A stretch of DNA of 63,241 nucleotides, filler included, from Octopus bimaculoides (taxonomy: Eukaryota), in NCBI RefSeq assembly GCF_001194135.2. It is 4 parts of 4 records of this genome, joined end to end, with 100 filler letters (N's around TTAATTAATTAA, not from the genome) between each part and the next. Parts side by side here need not be neighbours in the genome. Positions count along the whole stretch, not along the records: positions 1 to 30,714 come from NC_068991.1; 3 more parts are not named here. The stretch is one strand, 5' to 3'. Of this stretch, positions 10,771 through 24,590 are shown piece after piece. Position numbers and translations under genes: made by a program. Within the stretch, counting starts at the first letter, position 1, and every line of letters starts with the position of its first letter. The notes under the pieces were generated by a model. The model searched no databases. It had not been told where the DNA came from and saw only the letters and a program-made list of their open reading frames with translations.

Positions 10771-11329
10771 GTAAGTAGAAACGTTTTTTCACCTTTATGC
10801 ATACCACATAATTGTCTCTACTTCAAATTTTTTTTCTTTCCGGACTCAACGTAGAAAACGCAATTCGAACATTAACCTTTATCACACTGAATTTTCTTTA
10901 GATTTGTTTCCCCTGCCACTGCCCCGTTACTACAGGGAAGAAAATTCATATGCTGCCATGATGCACCTATAGTGTGGTAAAGGTGATGTTGGGCGCTGGA
11001 TTAGAGGTCATTAACTTTGTGAATTCACTTGACTAAATTTAAATCGCGCCACTGGCTGCTGTTTTTTTATTACTTCTATGGTGTCTCATATTCTGGGGTT
11101 TATCTATCTTTTTCTTTTTATCTTTTTTTTTTACTTTTATGCATTTACGAGCCTTGAGTCTGAAAGAATCGCTTTAATTTTTCATAAACCTCAAAAGGAA
11201 TATTGTAAATTATGTAATATCCGAATGCGGAGTTTCTATGCTTGTCAGGTCGTCTGTCTTCAGGTTTATGCATTTAAATTATATATTTTTCATTTATTTT
11301 AATCGAATGAAGCATCTATATAGTAACTA

Positions 11330-11630
11330 GCACTCCGGTGGTTACATCGAGTATTCCAATTGATCCAATCAATGGAGCAGCTCGCTCGCGAAATTAATGT
11401 GCAAGGCTGAGCACTCCACTGACACGCGTACCTTTAACGTAGTTCTCAGGGAGAATCTGACACGGTTAGCCCTTTTGAAATACAGGCACTACTCGTTTAT
11501 GCAGGCTGAGTGGATTGGAGGAACGTGAAATAGAGTGTCATGCTCAAGGACACAACGCGCCACCGGGAATCGAACTTATGATCTCATGATTGTGAGCCGA
11601 ATACTCCTAACCACTAAACCACACGCCTTC
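11330..11630 (-). mobile_element. SINE family C (tRNA-like head plus CORE-like GTGTCCTTGAGCA block)
   Basis: Minus strand reads ggcgtgtggtttagtggttagg...gttcgattcccgg (A/B-box-like), then gttgtgtccttgagc. Homologous to 15460-15762. Confidence 0.8.
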
Positions 11631-13676
11631 AGCTATATAGTTTTGTAAGATACAATTATGAGATTATAGTGTGGATGCTTAACTTAAGCAAAGTGACTTT
11701 TCGATATGCATTTGTATGTTTCATTATTGTGTGGTTGATGAACTCTTTTGATTGCTAAACTAGGTACCTACTGAAATCTCCAGAACTTCATTCTGTTGGA
11801 TCTACGTTGCTTTTATATCCCTTTTATATAACTTTTATGTTCTTTGCATTGATAAATTGAGTGAATCCTCATATACATGCATGGGGAAAAGTTTTGGTAT
11901 AAAATTATGATATTCACGTTGCACTTCACTTAATTCTCAATCTAGTCTTGATGTACGAAAGAACAGTGAGCTTGTCAACCCATCGGGTTCCTTGAGGGTT
12001 ACTTGAAGTTTCCATTTAGTCAGACTCATTAATAAGAAAATTAGTTGTTTATTTCCAGGTGGACTCTTAACGATCCCACAGAACCAGGATCATTTAGTCT
12101 TTCGTTGATATCTAAGATTGCATTATCTAATGTATCATTTCCTTCTTTTAAACGGTAACAGAGTTATTCAAGGGAGACTTAGCTGCTGTTTCTAATTGTC
12201 GCAAGAAAATTAGCATTGCTAAAGAACCTTCATAAAAATCTGTTCGACTATGCTTTTATCTGTCACCTATATATTGGAAGAGTACCAGCTATAATATTGA
12301 GAAAGATTCTATGAAGTTACCCATCGTTTATCAATAAGTTACCTTCTTTTTCATTAATAAATCGATTTTCTTTTTTCCGTCCAAACTATATATGTATATT
12401 TGTCTTAAATACCATATAAACTGCGTTGGCATAAATCAGTTTAGAATAGCAATTCATTTGGGTAAAACTAAGTTATTTTACTTGTTAGCATCAATCCAAC
12501 CAGAACACCTTCTTAGGGGATTCAATATATTCACATTCACATAGCTTGTGTCTGTTAAAATGTTTTACTAAATCACACCTATAGTTTCCATAGCAATAAG
12601 TTGGTGAGAAATGAATATCTCGTCGGACATAGCGCGAGTTTATGGCAATATAATCTAACCAGGATGTGTCTAGTACACACACCCACAGCTAAGTGAACGG
12701 AAGCAACAAAGAATTAAGTGTCCTGCCAGAAACTGAACAGCAGATTTGATATCACAACCTAAGTGCCAGCAGGTTGAATAACTTTTCCATTTGTCTATAA
12801 TCTCACTAAAATGGCCGACCCAGAAGCCCACCTACCTACAACTTATCTATTTGTTGGAAATGCTCCAAACTCTTTAAAACAAAATAGAATTACATCAGTT
12901 AAACATAGAATAAATTTGTACAAAAACGAATAAGAAAGAAAATCAAAGAATAAAAGACGGTAAAAAGTCTATGAAGGCACCATGTATTGATGTTTCCTTG
13001 GTGGACCGGTTGCAAGGCTAAAAAAACACATTTTCAGTTTCGTCTTTCTGATTTGGTCAGGAAAACAAAAGAAGTGTTCAACTCCACCTTATCGCTTTTT
13101 TTAATGTTTATTGTTTTTTCCTCTTGCACATCCTGTTTAGTTGGTATTCATCCCTTTTAGCAAATCTAGATTTCCTGGTGGTTAAACGGAAATACTGCTG
13201 CACCCGGNNNNNNNNNNNNNNNNNNNNNNNNNNNNNNNNNNNNNNNNNNNNNNNNNNNNNNNNNNNNNNNNNNNNNNNNNNNNNNNNNNNNNNNNNNNNN
13301 NNNNNNNNNNNNNNNNNNNNNNNNNNNNNNNNNNNNNNNNNNNNNNNNNNNNNNNNNNNNNNNNNNNNNNNNNNNNNNNNNNNNNNNNNNNNNNNNNNNN
13401 NNNNNNNNNNNNNNNNNNNNNNNNNNNNNNNNNNNNNNNNNNNNNNNNNNNNNNNNNNNNNNNNNNNNNNNNNNNNNNNNNNNNNNNNNNNNNNNNNNNN
13501 NNNNNNNNNNNNNNNNNNNNNNNNNNNNNNNNNNNNNNNNNNNNNNNNNNNNNNNNNNNNNNNNNNNNNNNNNNNNNNNNNNNNNNNNNNNNNNNNNNNN
13601 NNNNNNNNNNNNNNNNNNNNNNNNNNNNNNNNNNNNNNNNNNNNNNNNNNNNNNNNNNNNNNNNNNNNNNNNNNNN

Positions 13677-13719
<43 letters not shown>

Positions 13720-14158
13720 ACATCATCCTCGTCATCACCATCCTCATCATTATCATCATCATTGTCGTCGTCGTCATTATAATCGTTGCACCTCCCTATA
13801 TGAGCTACGACAGTATTTCTATTTCTCAATGCCTTTCCATCACCTGCACCCACTCACATCCCTATTGTTATATACATTCCCACCTACATGAAAACCCTCT
13901 CGCATATATCTTACACATATTCAAACATTCATGTGTGTATATACATTAACATATTTTTAGAAATGTATCGTTATTATGTCAAATACGTTTCGGGTCTGGG
14001 GTTGTTTTCTTTTCTTCAAGCACGCAATTTTATAAAATAGACTTTATTCCAATTCAATGTGTTTTTAACGAGATGTGCATTGCGACCGAGATTAACAGAG
14101 ATTTTACAGTAAAAATCTCAGTGGTTAACGTACGTACGTACATACATACATACATACA

Positions 14159-14191
<33 letters not shown>

Positions 14192-14379
14192 TTTACTTAA
14201 ACAAAAATATTAATGACAGTGACTTCGAAGTTTCGGCCAGCTAAGCTATTGTCAGTCATATATTAACTATATAATTTTTTTTCGATTTTTAAAATAGTTA
14301 ATAACTTTTTTTTAAATCTTTTTCTAATTATTGTAACTGTATCAAGTAACTTCTACAAAAGCTTTTAATTACATATATG

Positions 14380-14443
<64 letters not shown>

Positions 14444-14864
14444 GTCACAGTCACACGCACAGACATACACATACACACGCACTCACGGTACGTGCGCGCA
14501 CTCATGTACACACGATATATTGTCTGATATACTTTATATCGCTGCTTCTTTGTCCTGTGTCAATCAAGAGCTTCCATTGTGAAAAATGGCGGTCTCGCTC
14601 AGAATGGTAAAAGTATGACTAATTTCTACGTTGCATCGCTATCTATAGTATATTATCTCAAACAACTCTTCAAATAATTTATGCCGGGTTTTCTAATTTT
14701 TGCAGGATAAGGTTTTCCGAAATACAGCAATTTCGTTTTAAAACATACAAAAATTATCCAGTAAATTTTTATCAATCATGTAATCATGATTTATTCTATC
14801 TAAAGTACACTGGAGTAGCTGTGATGTTTACATATGTTACATACACTAATATAAAAGCAGAACA

Positions 14865-15020
14865 AGCCGGCGGCGAGCTGGCAGAATCAAACTTCGCCGA
14901 TGTCGACTTAGCCTTTCATCTCTTCGGGATTGATAAAATAAGTACCAGTTACTGAGAGTTGATGTAGCCGACTTACCCCTCGTAAAATCACTGGCTCTGT
15001 GCCAAAAATTCGAAATCAAT
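14865..15020 (+). mobile_element. SINE family A, internally deleted
   Basis: ggcggcgagctggcagaatc head joined to gtcgacttagcctttcatc...taagtaccagtt and the alternative 3' tail. Confidence 0.75.
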
Positions 15021-15459
15021 TTCAAAGAACAGCTGAATTTGTTCAAAGACGAAGAGACAGTCCTAGCAACATCCTTTACCATTATTAATATTTACTTGGA
15101 ATGGCCTATGCGAAGAAGGCTGTGAAATTATGCAGATTTCTGCATAATGGTGCTAGTGAAAAGGTGTATTTACTTCGATTTTTTATGATTTTGATTGTTT
15201 GTAGACACCTTAGTGAACGAAAATAAATCATAAGATAACAGGTAGCGATTGCAATAACATAGACTATTTCAGTCATGTCAGTTTACGTTAAATAAAATGG
15301 GATCCGCTTTCTAGAAACCATTTCTAAATTAGACTACTGACAAGAACATTTCCAGATTAATAGAGCCGGATTTAACCGAAGCATTATGTAATAGATTATC
15401 GATCTATTGCTTGATGGATCTATTCTCCTTTCACCTGTAATTCAAACTTACGTGGATCG

Positions 15460-15762
15460 TATGAAAGTGTGTGGTTTAGTGGTTAGTGTATTCGCCTCAC
15501 GATCGTAAGGTGTGTTGTATCCTTGAGCAAAGCAGTTTATTTCTCGTTCCTCCTGTCCACTCAGCTGACAAAAATAAGTTGAACCTGTAATTCAAAGGAT
15601 TAACTTTATCACATTCTGTGTCACACTGAATCTCCCTGATAACTACTTTAAGGGTATGCATGTTTGTGGAATGCTCAGCCACTTGCACGTTAATCTCACA
15701 ACCAGGCTGTTCTGTTGGTCGGAGCGACTGGAGTACTGGTCATCGTAACCAACGTAGTGCCA
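15460..15762 (+). mobile_element. SINE family C
   Basis: gtgtgtggtttagtggttag...gttgtatccttgagcaaag...ccactcagctg...gaatgctcagccacttgcacgttaat aligns with 11330-11630. Confidence 0.75.
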
Positions 15763-16982
15763 GTTTATATATGGATCAAGATATATGAGTGCTGTTTAGA
15801 ATGTTACTCCATTCGCTCGAGTATTCGATGATGGTTGGGGGTTGCCTCGAAGACCTTTCAGTTAGAGTTTAATTAATAATTTCCACGTAACGCTGAAACT
15901 TAGTTGATATCTATCACTTCAAGACCACATGCTGGAGGCTGGAAAGCTGTCGTCATTCTCGTTTAATGGCTGTCGTCGACTGAATCAGGATGTTTTTGGA
16001 ATCAGTATTATGGATGGAACTGCAACAGTTAAAGGTTGAAGTTCCCTCGGTAAAATTTTACACATAGGAGTGAGAGAGGAGAGACAGAGGGGAGAAAGAG
16101 GGAAAAGAGAGAGGAGGAGAAAGAAGGAAGAGAGAGAGGGGAAAGAGAGTGGAGAGAGTGACTGGTTCAATGTTGAGATTGGAGACGAACCTACAATTTA
16201 ATATTTAAACTGAACGAACAAACCACAAGCTGAAGAAACGAGCGGAATTCATACTTTTATACTTCTCTTTATTTTCCTATATTTATATTTATATTATTTC
16301 ATACACATTTCTCATTACTGTTTATCATCATAGCAAATATAATAATCATCTTCAGCAGTAGCAGCAGCAGAAGTAACAGCAGAATTAATGTTGTTGCTTC
16401 TGTTTCTATTGTACTTACTGTTGATGGTGGCGACGGCGGTGGCTTTTGTTGTATATCAAAAAGTTACTTGTTTATCTTTGTTCATGGCAAATTAAACAAA
16501 TGTTTCATATTAATGACCGTTCATATAGAAGTCACTTGACTGACTTCTCGCTCGTCTCAACGCAGCCTCTTTTATATGATCTCACCCCTGTTTAGACATG
16601 TAATATTCTGTAGCTGTATACCCAACTATTTATATTTATATTTATTTTTATTGTTGTATAAATAAAGAGCAAAGATTCAAACAAACGAAAATAACACAAA
16701 CAAAACATTGATATTTTTGTCAATGTTTAGCCATATGTGACTTTCGTAATAATAATGTTGGTGGCCACCTGTAGCTTTGAGGAATGCTTCAAGTGTTCTT
16801 TGACATTAATTCAATAGGATTTCAACAATAAGCTTCATTAATTCTTGTAACCTATGCATGCTTGGTGGCATTTTCCACATGTCTCGCAACTGACGGCTTT
16901 ATAATCAGTTCCTAGTCAGTATATGTTGCTGCTTTTAAGCTTCCAATATGGCGGTTATTTAAACAGTATTCATGTAAAGAGT

Positions 16983-17516
<534 letters not shown>

Positions 17517-17721
17517 GAAATTATTTTCGCTTTAAGACCAGCAGCGATGTCACATCGATTAAGTTTATAATTTCCGCAAGCCTTACTTACTATCTTGGAA
17601 GCTTGCTTCCAGAAATATTTATGTATTTGGCAAAATCTAACATTGGATGCTTGTGCATAAAATACAATCTCGTCATCCAGTCTTCTTTTGCATTGTTATA
17701 CGTTCTCAGAAGACAAGATAA

Positions 17722-17830
17722 TAGAGCCACAGGCATGGCTGTGTCGTTAAGAAACTTGCTCCCACTGTGCGGCATCTTGGGCAAGTCTCTTCCACTCTAA
17801 CCTCGGGCCGACCAGTGCCTTGTTAGTGAA
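17722..17830 (+). mobile_element. SINE family B 5' half, followed by microsatellite and gap
   Basis: ggcatggctgtgtcgttaagaaacttgc...cttgggcaagtctcttcc...ctcgggccgacca. Confidence 0.65.
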
Positions 17831-17890
17831 TTTGTGTGAAAACACGACGTGAGTATGTATGTGTGTGTGTGTGTGTACACACACACATAT

Positions 17891-17936
<46 letters not shown>

Positions 17937-18205
17937 NNNNNNNNNNNNNNNNNNNNNNNNNNNNNNNNNNNNNNNNNNNNNNNNNNNNNNNNNNNNNNNN
18001 NNNNNNNNNNNNNNNNNNNNNNNNNNNNNNNNNNNNNNNNNNNNNNNNNNNNNNNNNNNNNNNNNNNNNNNNNNNNNNNNNNNNNNNNNNNNNNNNNNNN
18101 NNNNNNNNNNNNNNNNNNNNNNNNNNNNNNNNNNNNNNNNNNNNNNNNNNNNNNNNNNNNNNNNNNNNNNNNNNNNNNNNNNNNNNNNNNNNNNNNNNNN
18201 NNNNN

Positions 18206-18238
<33 letters not shown>

Positions 18239-18341
18239 GTGTGTGTATGTATGTATGTATCTTTGCACATATATATATATATATATGGGCAATGCGTAGT
18301 GTTCGTGACCAAATGCGAAGAACCGATTTGAACGCTGGTTG

Positions 18342-18546
18342 TTGTTGTTTAGCCCTAGGTCAGCCCTGTTGAAGCAGGCTTATGATTGAAAGTGTTCCGG
18401 CCATGACCACTCTGTATTTTTATAGACATAGTGTATTTGGGACTGCATCATCAAAAGTGTTATCCCTTTTTTTAAAGATGGTAAGAAATGATTTGTAGAA
18501 GATTTCACTGCTATTTCTAGCTAGTCGAGCGACCACGTAGGAGCTC
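18342..18546 (-). mobile_element. Interspersed repeat family D (SINE-like, (AAC)n tail)
   Basis: Homologous to 20760-20985, 25975-26170 and 27421-27595, with partial copies near 6760-6890 and 12100-12200. Ends ctagggctaaacaacaacaac on the minus strand. Confidence 0.7.
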
Positions 18547-18970
18547 CTTCGTTTCTACATTTGTTAGTGTTTTAGACCGTCCGATTGAATACATAAAAAC
18601 ATAGCGAGGAAGTCTCTTTCCCATCTATTTAACAGCTGTCTTTAGCCAAACAAGTGTTCAAGATTTACTCTGTTGGTGGTCACAGACATCAACGCTCACC
18701 ATCTTCATTGATATGTTTGTGTATTCTACTCTAAGTTATTAAACAATTACTTAGTGAAGATTTACAGAAGCTGAAGACTATGGCAGAAGTTAAAGAAGAA
18801 AAAAGTAACGAATTTGATTTCAATTATCCAACATAAATGCTCTGCTTCATATAAATTCAAACGTTCTTCTACATCAGATACATCATTATTTATTTCAGTT
18901 TTATTATATCCTGAAAACAAACAACGAAACAACTCCACGAACTTTAGCAAATTATTATTATTAAGTATTT

Positions 18971-19410
18971 GCAGACGTCACTATGTGGCAAGAAGCATGT
19001 TTCCCAACCACATGATTCCAGGTTCAGGCCCACTGTGTGGCACCTGGGGCATGTGTCTTCTACTATAGCCTTGGACTGACCGAAGCTTTCTAAAAGGACT
19101 TGGTGGACGACAGCTGAAAAGTAGCCCGTGGTATACGTGTGTGTGTGTGTGTGTTTGTGCACGTGTGTGTGCCTGCGTGTGTGCACGCGCGCGCTTTGGT
19201 GTCTGTGTTTGTCCACCGCCACCGCTTGACAACCAGTATTGGTCTGTTAACGTCCCCGTAACTTAGCAGTTCGACAAAAGACATCGATAGAATAAATACC
19301 AAGCTTTTAAAAAAAGTAAGTACTGGATTCGATTCTTTCGACTAAAATCTAAAATTCTTCAAAACGGAGCCCCATCATAGTCGTAGTCTAATGATTGAAA
19401 CGAGTAAAAA
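18971..19410 (+). mobile_element. SINE family B, full length
   Basis: Both halves with an internal (TG)n tract. Confidence 0.8.
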
Positions 19411-20759
19411 AAAAAGAGATTCTAGTCATTACTTCTATAAATTGTTGTAAAAAGAACGGTGTTTCTTTGTTTTCGTTTTTCTTGTTCTTGTTTTTTTTTT
19501 GGGTTTTTTTTTTTTGTTACATACCTAAGCTCTAAGTCAACTTGTACGAAAAAACTAAGGAACAAAGACGTTCCAGTTATAACTATTCCGTGCTTTGTAA
19601 TACCAGCGAACTACATTGTCCTACGTATTCTATACTTACGATTGTGTGAGAGATTTTAAGCAGATTTTGCTATTATTTCTAACAGTCGAACAACATTTTA
19701 GAGACTCAAAATCCCATATATATTTTTTTTGCCATTAATCAGGAATATATAGATAATATTGGAAATGTAGAGTTAAATGTACATTAAATTTTATATCGTA
19801 AATCGATCTTTTCTGAAATGCTGAAAAAGAATGAAAAAGTTAAAGTTTAGCTTACATTGACAATGAGTTGAGTCTCTGGAAGTAGTAAATAGCGCTAGGC
19901 GCAATTGTGTCTGCAAATGAGAATATTCAAGACTTGTTTAGTGTGACAAAGTTTGTGCCAAACTCAAATAGAATTTTGCAATAAAAAAAAAATAAGAGAT
20001 AAACGAGACAAAATTGTTATTTTTCTTTTTAACACCATTGCGTGGATATATATAAGAGAGTTAATGGAAAGAATTACAAACTTGTATCTCCTATAGACAT
20101 TTCAATGTGTCCCCTTGTAAGAAATATTACAAGTTTTTCCGGATAAAATAACCTATAAAACGTTAAGATCTTAAACAACGTCGTCATTTGTCTATGATTA
20201 AGTGTAACAAAAGATATTCCAGAAAAAAATTCTATAATCTTAGGCGGACAACACAAAACATATAAAACCCGATCCCATGAATGCAACAAAAGGATTAACA
20301 GTAAGACTTTATTGAACGGATTTAGTTAAAAGTATTTGAAACAAAAATATGCAGAAGAAAGAATGCCTGGGCGGTAACTTTATCTGATTCTTTGGTACAT
20401 TCGGGAAAGGTGAGATGAAGACTTGAAATAAAGCGTACTGTTATACTCTACTGACAGCACTTCAGATATTTGTCAAATGTTCTGTTAAATCAATGTTTTT
20501 GTTGGGTTTTTTTACAAAGGTAAGAAGTTTAATATGTTTGGGAAAAGTTAAAATAGGGAATTGTGATGTTCTTTCTCAAAAACATTGACAGGATAATTAT
20601 AAATGTTCAAAGTTTAAGAAAGTAGCCAATAATCCGAGGCCTTGATACGGTTTCAATGTTATATGAGAAACGCATATAAAATATCTCAGGGAAATATTTT
20701 CTCGTTAATGTATGATTTGTCCATACCTTTAAAAGTACTATTTTATAAGTGGTGGTGAT

Positions 20760-20985
20760 GGTTGTTGTTGTTGTTTCTATGGTTTAACCCAAAGTCAACT
20801 CTGACTGAATGGACACGTGGTTAAAGATACTCCAGTTGTGGCCATCCTACCTTTCTATAAGCTACTACATTGTTCAATGTATTATACTTTCTCTAAAGAA
20901 AAGTATAATATAGATGGGTGTGATTTGAGGATGATTTAGTTGTTATTGCTAGCAGTTTGAGCGACTGCGTAGAGAAACCGTCTTT
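20760..20985 (-). mobile_element. Repeat family D
   Basis: Aligns with 18342-18546. Confidence 0.65.
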
Positions 20986-22019
20986 AGTCTGATCGAGTAC
21001 TGAGTGACCGAAGATGTTCAAGTCAGAGTAACAATTTATTAGGGTTGCAATAAAAGATCCTTGTTTCATACGTTCAGCTCTGATTTCCAAAGGTCACTTG
21101 TTTCTTTAAATACGAATTACAGAGTGCATCTGACATGGAAGCTAGATAACCATAAAATAACGGAATTACCTCGTTATACTCTGGAGGTAACAACGAGGAA
21201 CCATTCAAATATCCAGTCTCAAACCAAAATCATCTACTTTTACTGGTTAGCTTCTTTAGCCTAGCTTTAAAAAATGTGTGTACTAAAACATGCGTGTACC
21301 AAACACTGCGATTATGCAGCAGGGTTTTTTTTTCTCTTTCAAACAGGAAATAAATCGAATTAACTAGTTTCAGTTTCATTTAAACTTCAATCAGGTATCG
21401 ATTATTTAGTGTATATGGGTGGAGTCAACAGTAGCTTATTATTGTTTGTAGTATGCACAATCTGAAGCAAACCTGAACTGGCCTGCCTGGTTTGCATAGC
21501 AATGGAAGCGCTGGATAATGAATTATTAATTAATAGATCAATTACTTAATTCACTGATTAATTAATTTATAGAAAAGAGTATAATCGTAGGATAAAGATG
21601 TAAGGTGAACGTACAAGCATGTTTTTAGCAAGCATATTTTTTCATAGTCTCGAAAATTAGACTTCGTTATTAAAATTATTGTGTGTGTGTGTGTGTGTGT
21701 GTGTGCTTGTGTATTAGAAAGCTAATTATAAACTGGAAGCTCCTCTCAGTTCAAGTACTGACCACGCAGTTAGATGCTGAAAATTATGTGTTACATTTAT
21801 TCTAATGTAAGGCATAATGTGTATGAGTGCTTTAATAGTGTTGTTATTTTGCATCTCTGCTGCCATTGGTTTCTTGCAGAAAAATCCGCATTTATTCAAC
21901 AACAATTTCATCTATGAATGTTACTCCACCGATGAATTTGACGAGAATATGATGCGAAATTATGGATGCCATGAGATGTGTCAACACCATTAAATTAGTT
22001 ATGTATCAAAGCAAGATAC

Positions 22020-22510
22020 GAAAGCGCGCATGCGCGCGCGTGTGTATGGATTAATATACACTTTTACGTATGTGTATACACGCCTATACATATAATACAA
22101 GCACCAGCCGGTGCTCTTTAGATATATAATAACAGTTTACATACCCCCTTCCCCCGAGGACACCCATCGCGCTCATTTCCCCTTCTTTTTTTAATTTCAT
22201 GCCGCAGCGAACGGTAACCTTCACATGGTGTATCAACAATCAACAAAGAAATGTTTTCTTTGTTGACAATTTAGAAAAACCGGATGCAATAACGAAATCG
22301 ACCAATAAAAGAAGAATATGGACGACGAAATAACCTATGGAAGCGCAGCGGGAAAATAATGAAGAGAACACCCAAACATGAAAACGTTTGACGGTTAACC
22401 AATGCAAACGACAGCTACACACAAAAGAACGCACCTATTTCAATACATAAAAAGCCAGTTGGATATTTTTAAAGACAATAGCTTGAACTATCACCGCGTT
22501 GTAAAACTGA
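22020..22510. promoter_or_regulatory. CpG-enriched non-repeat segment, possible promoter or enhancer
   Basis: Locally many CpGs, an NRF1-like GCGCATGCGC near 22026, CCAAT motifs, and a perfect 12-bp hairpin at 22240-22266. Confidence 0.3.
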
Positions 22511-22974
22511 AGTCACAAGAAAATGAATCTAGGTTAAATAAACACTATTTTCTGCACCATATATTGAGTACTTTCTTCTTCGTTCGTTTACAAACTGTAA
22601 CACTGAAATATTTCAGTGTTACAGTTTGTTTTACTTTATGGTTGTACAATTTGTAAATATATATTTAATATATATCCACATGTGTTTACATATTTTGCAC
22701 GTGTGTTTTTCTGGATATTATGCACGATTATTAGACACTCAAATATGCACGAAGTTACACAGCCGCACGCTCGCGCACGCACATTCACAGACAAATACAT
22801 GTATATATTACCCTTTTAACTGCTCTAGCTCATGTGCTGTTTGAATACTTGGTAAGAATCTTGAAGTGAAATCATATATTATAACGGTTGTATTTTGGGT
22901 TTGTGATTTTAACCAATATCAAGCACATACACTGCTAGTGAATGGTTATTATTCGCTGTTTATTATTTATACGT

Positions 22975-23308
22975 GGGAAAGGCGGCGAACTGGCAGAATC
23001 GTTACCACGACAGGCGAAATGCTTTGCGGTATTTCGTCTGCCGTTACGTTCTGAGTTCAAATTCCGCCGAGGTCGACTTTGCCTTTCATCCTTTCGGGGT
23101 CGATAAATTAAGTACCAGTTACGCACTGGAGTCGATGTAATCGACTTAATACCTTTGTCTGTCCTTGTTTGTCCCCTCTGTGTTTAGCCCCTTGTGGGCA
23201 ATAAAGAAATAAGAATCGTTACCACGCCAGGCGAAATGCTTTGCGGTATTCCGGTATATCGTGTGCCTCTCCGTTCTGAGTTCAAATTCCGCTGAGGTCG
23301 ACTTTGCT
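22975..23308 (+). mobile_element. SINE family A head-to-tail dimer (second unit runs into a gap)
   Basis: A full unit from 22981, then the tail aataaagaaataagaa joined to tcgttaccacg. Period 217 nt (22995 vs 23212). Confidence 0.9.
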
Positions 23309-24143
23309 NNNNNNNNNNNNNNNNNNNNNNNNNNNNNNNNNNNNNNNNNNNNNNNNNNNNNNNNNNNNNNNNNNNNNNNNNNNNNNNNNNNNNNNNNNNN
23401 NNNNNNNNNNNNNNNNNNNNNNNNNNNNNNNNNNNNNNNNNNNNNNNNNNNNNNNNNNNNNNNNNNNNNNNNNNNNNNNNNNNNNNNNNNNNNNNNNNNN
23501 NNNNNNNNNNNNNNNNNNNNNNNNNNNNNNNNNNNNNNNNNNNNNNNNNNNNNNNNNNNNNNNNNNNNNNNNNNNNNNNNNNNNNNNNNNNNNNNNNNNN
23601 NNNNNNNNNNNNNNNNNNNNNNNNNNNNNNNNNNNNNNNNNNNNNNNNNNNNNNNNNNNNNNNNNNNNNNNNNNNNNNNNNNNNNNNNNNNNNNNNNNNN
23701 NNNNNNNNNNNNNNNNNNNNNNNNNNNNNNNNNNNNNNNNNNNNNNNNNNNNNNNNNNNNNNNNNNNNNNNNNNNNNNNNNNNNNNNNNNNNNNNNNNNN
23801 NNNNNNNNNNNNNNNNNNNNNNNNNNNNNNNNNNNNNNNNNNNNNNNNNNNNNNNNNNNNNNNNNNNNNNNNNNNNNNNNNNNNNNNNNNNNNNNNNNNN
23901 NNNNNNNNNNNNNNNNNNNNNNNNNNNNNNNNNNNNNNNNNNNNNNNNNNNNNNNNNNNNNNNNNNNNNNNNNNNNNNNNNNNNNNNNNNNNNNNNNNNN
24001 NNNNNNNNNNNNNNNNNNNNNNNNNNNNNNNNNNNNNNNNNNNNNNNNNNNNNNNNNNNNNNNNNNNNNNNNNNNNNNNNNNNNNNNNNNNNNNNNNNNN
24101 NNNNNNNNAAACACCTATCATCGCAAACAATTATTCAGTTGTA

Positions 24144-24590
24144 GGCGCAGGTATGGCTATGTGGTAAGAAGCTTGTTTCCTAAGACATCGTTCCGAGTTC
24201 AGTCACACGCATGGCACCTTCGGCAAGTGTCTTCTACTATAGCCCCGAACCAACCAAAGCTTGTGAGTGGATTTGGTAGACAGAAACTGAAAGGAGACCG
24301 TCGTATATGCGTGTGTGTTTGTGTGTATGCGTGTGTGTTTGTGTGTATGCGTGTGTGTTTGTGTGTATGCGTGTGAGTATTTGTGTCTGTGTTTGTCCTC
24401 CGTCACTGCTTGACAACTGGTGTTGGTATGTTTACGTCCCTGTAACCTAGCGGTTCAATGATAACTGTCAATAAAATAAGTACCACGCTTAAAAAAGTCA
24501 CTGGGATCGACTCGTTCGACTAAAATTCTTCGAGGCAGTGCTGCAGCATGGCCGCAGTCTCATGACTGAAACTTAGTAAAAGAATAAAAG
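24144..24590 (+). mobile_element. SINE family B, full length
   Basis: ggcgcaggtatggctatgtggtaagaagcttg...internal TG-rich repeat...gcatggccgcagtctcatgactgaaac. Confidence 0.85.

Noticed and set aside
21123-21186. Possible 64-nt plus-strand exon encoding VHLTWKLDNHKITELPRYTLE (Ig/FN3-like look)
   Set aside because: The acceptor has a weak pyrimidine tract, no neighbouring exons support it, and the resemblance is too short to call.
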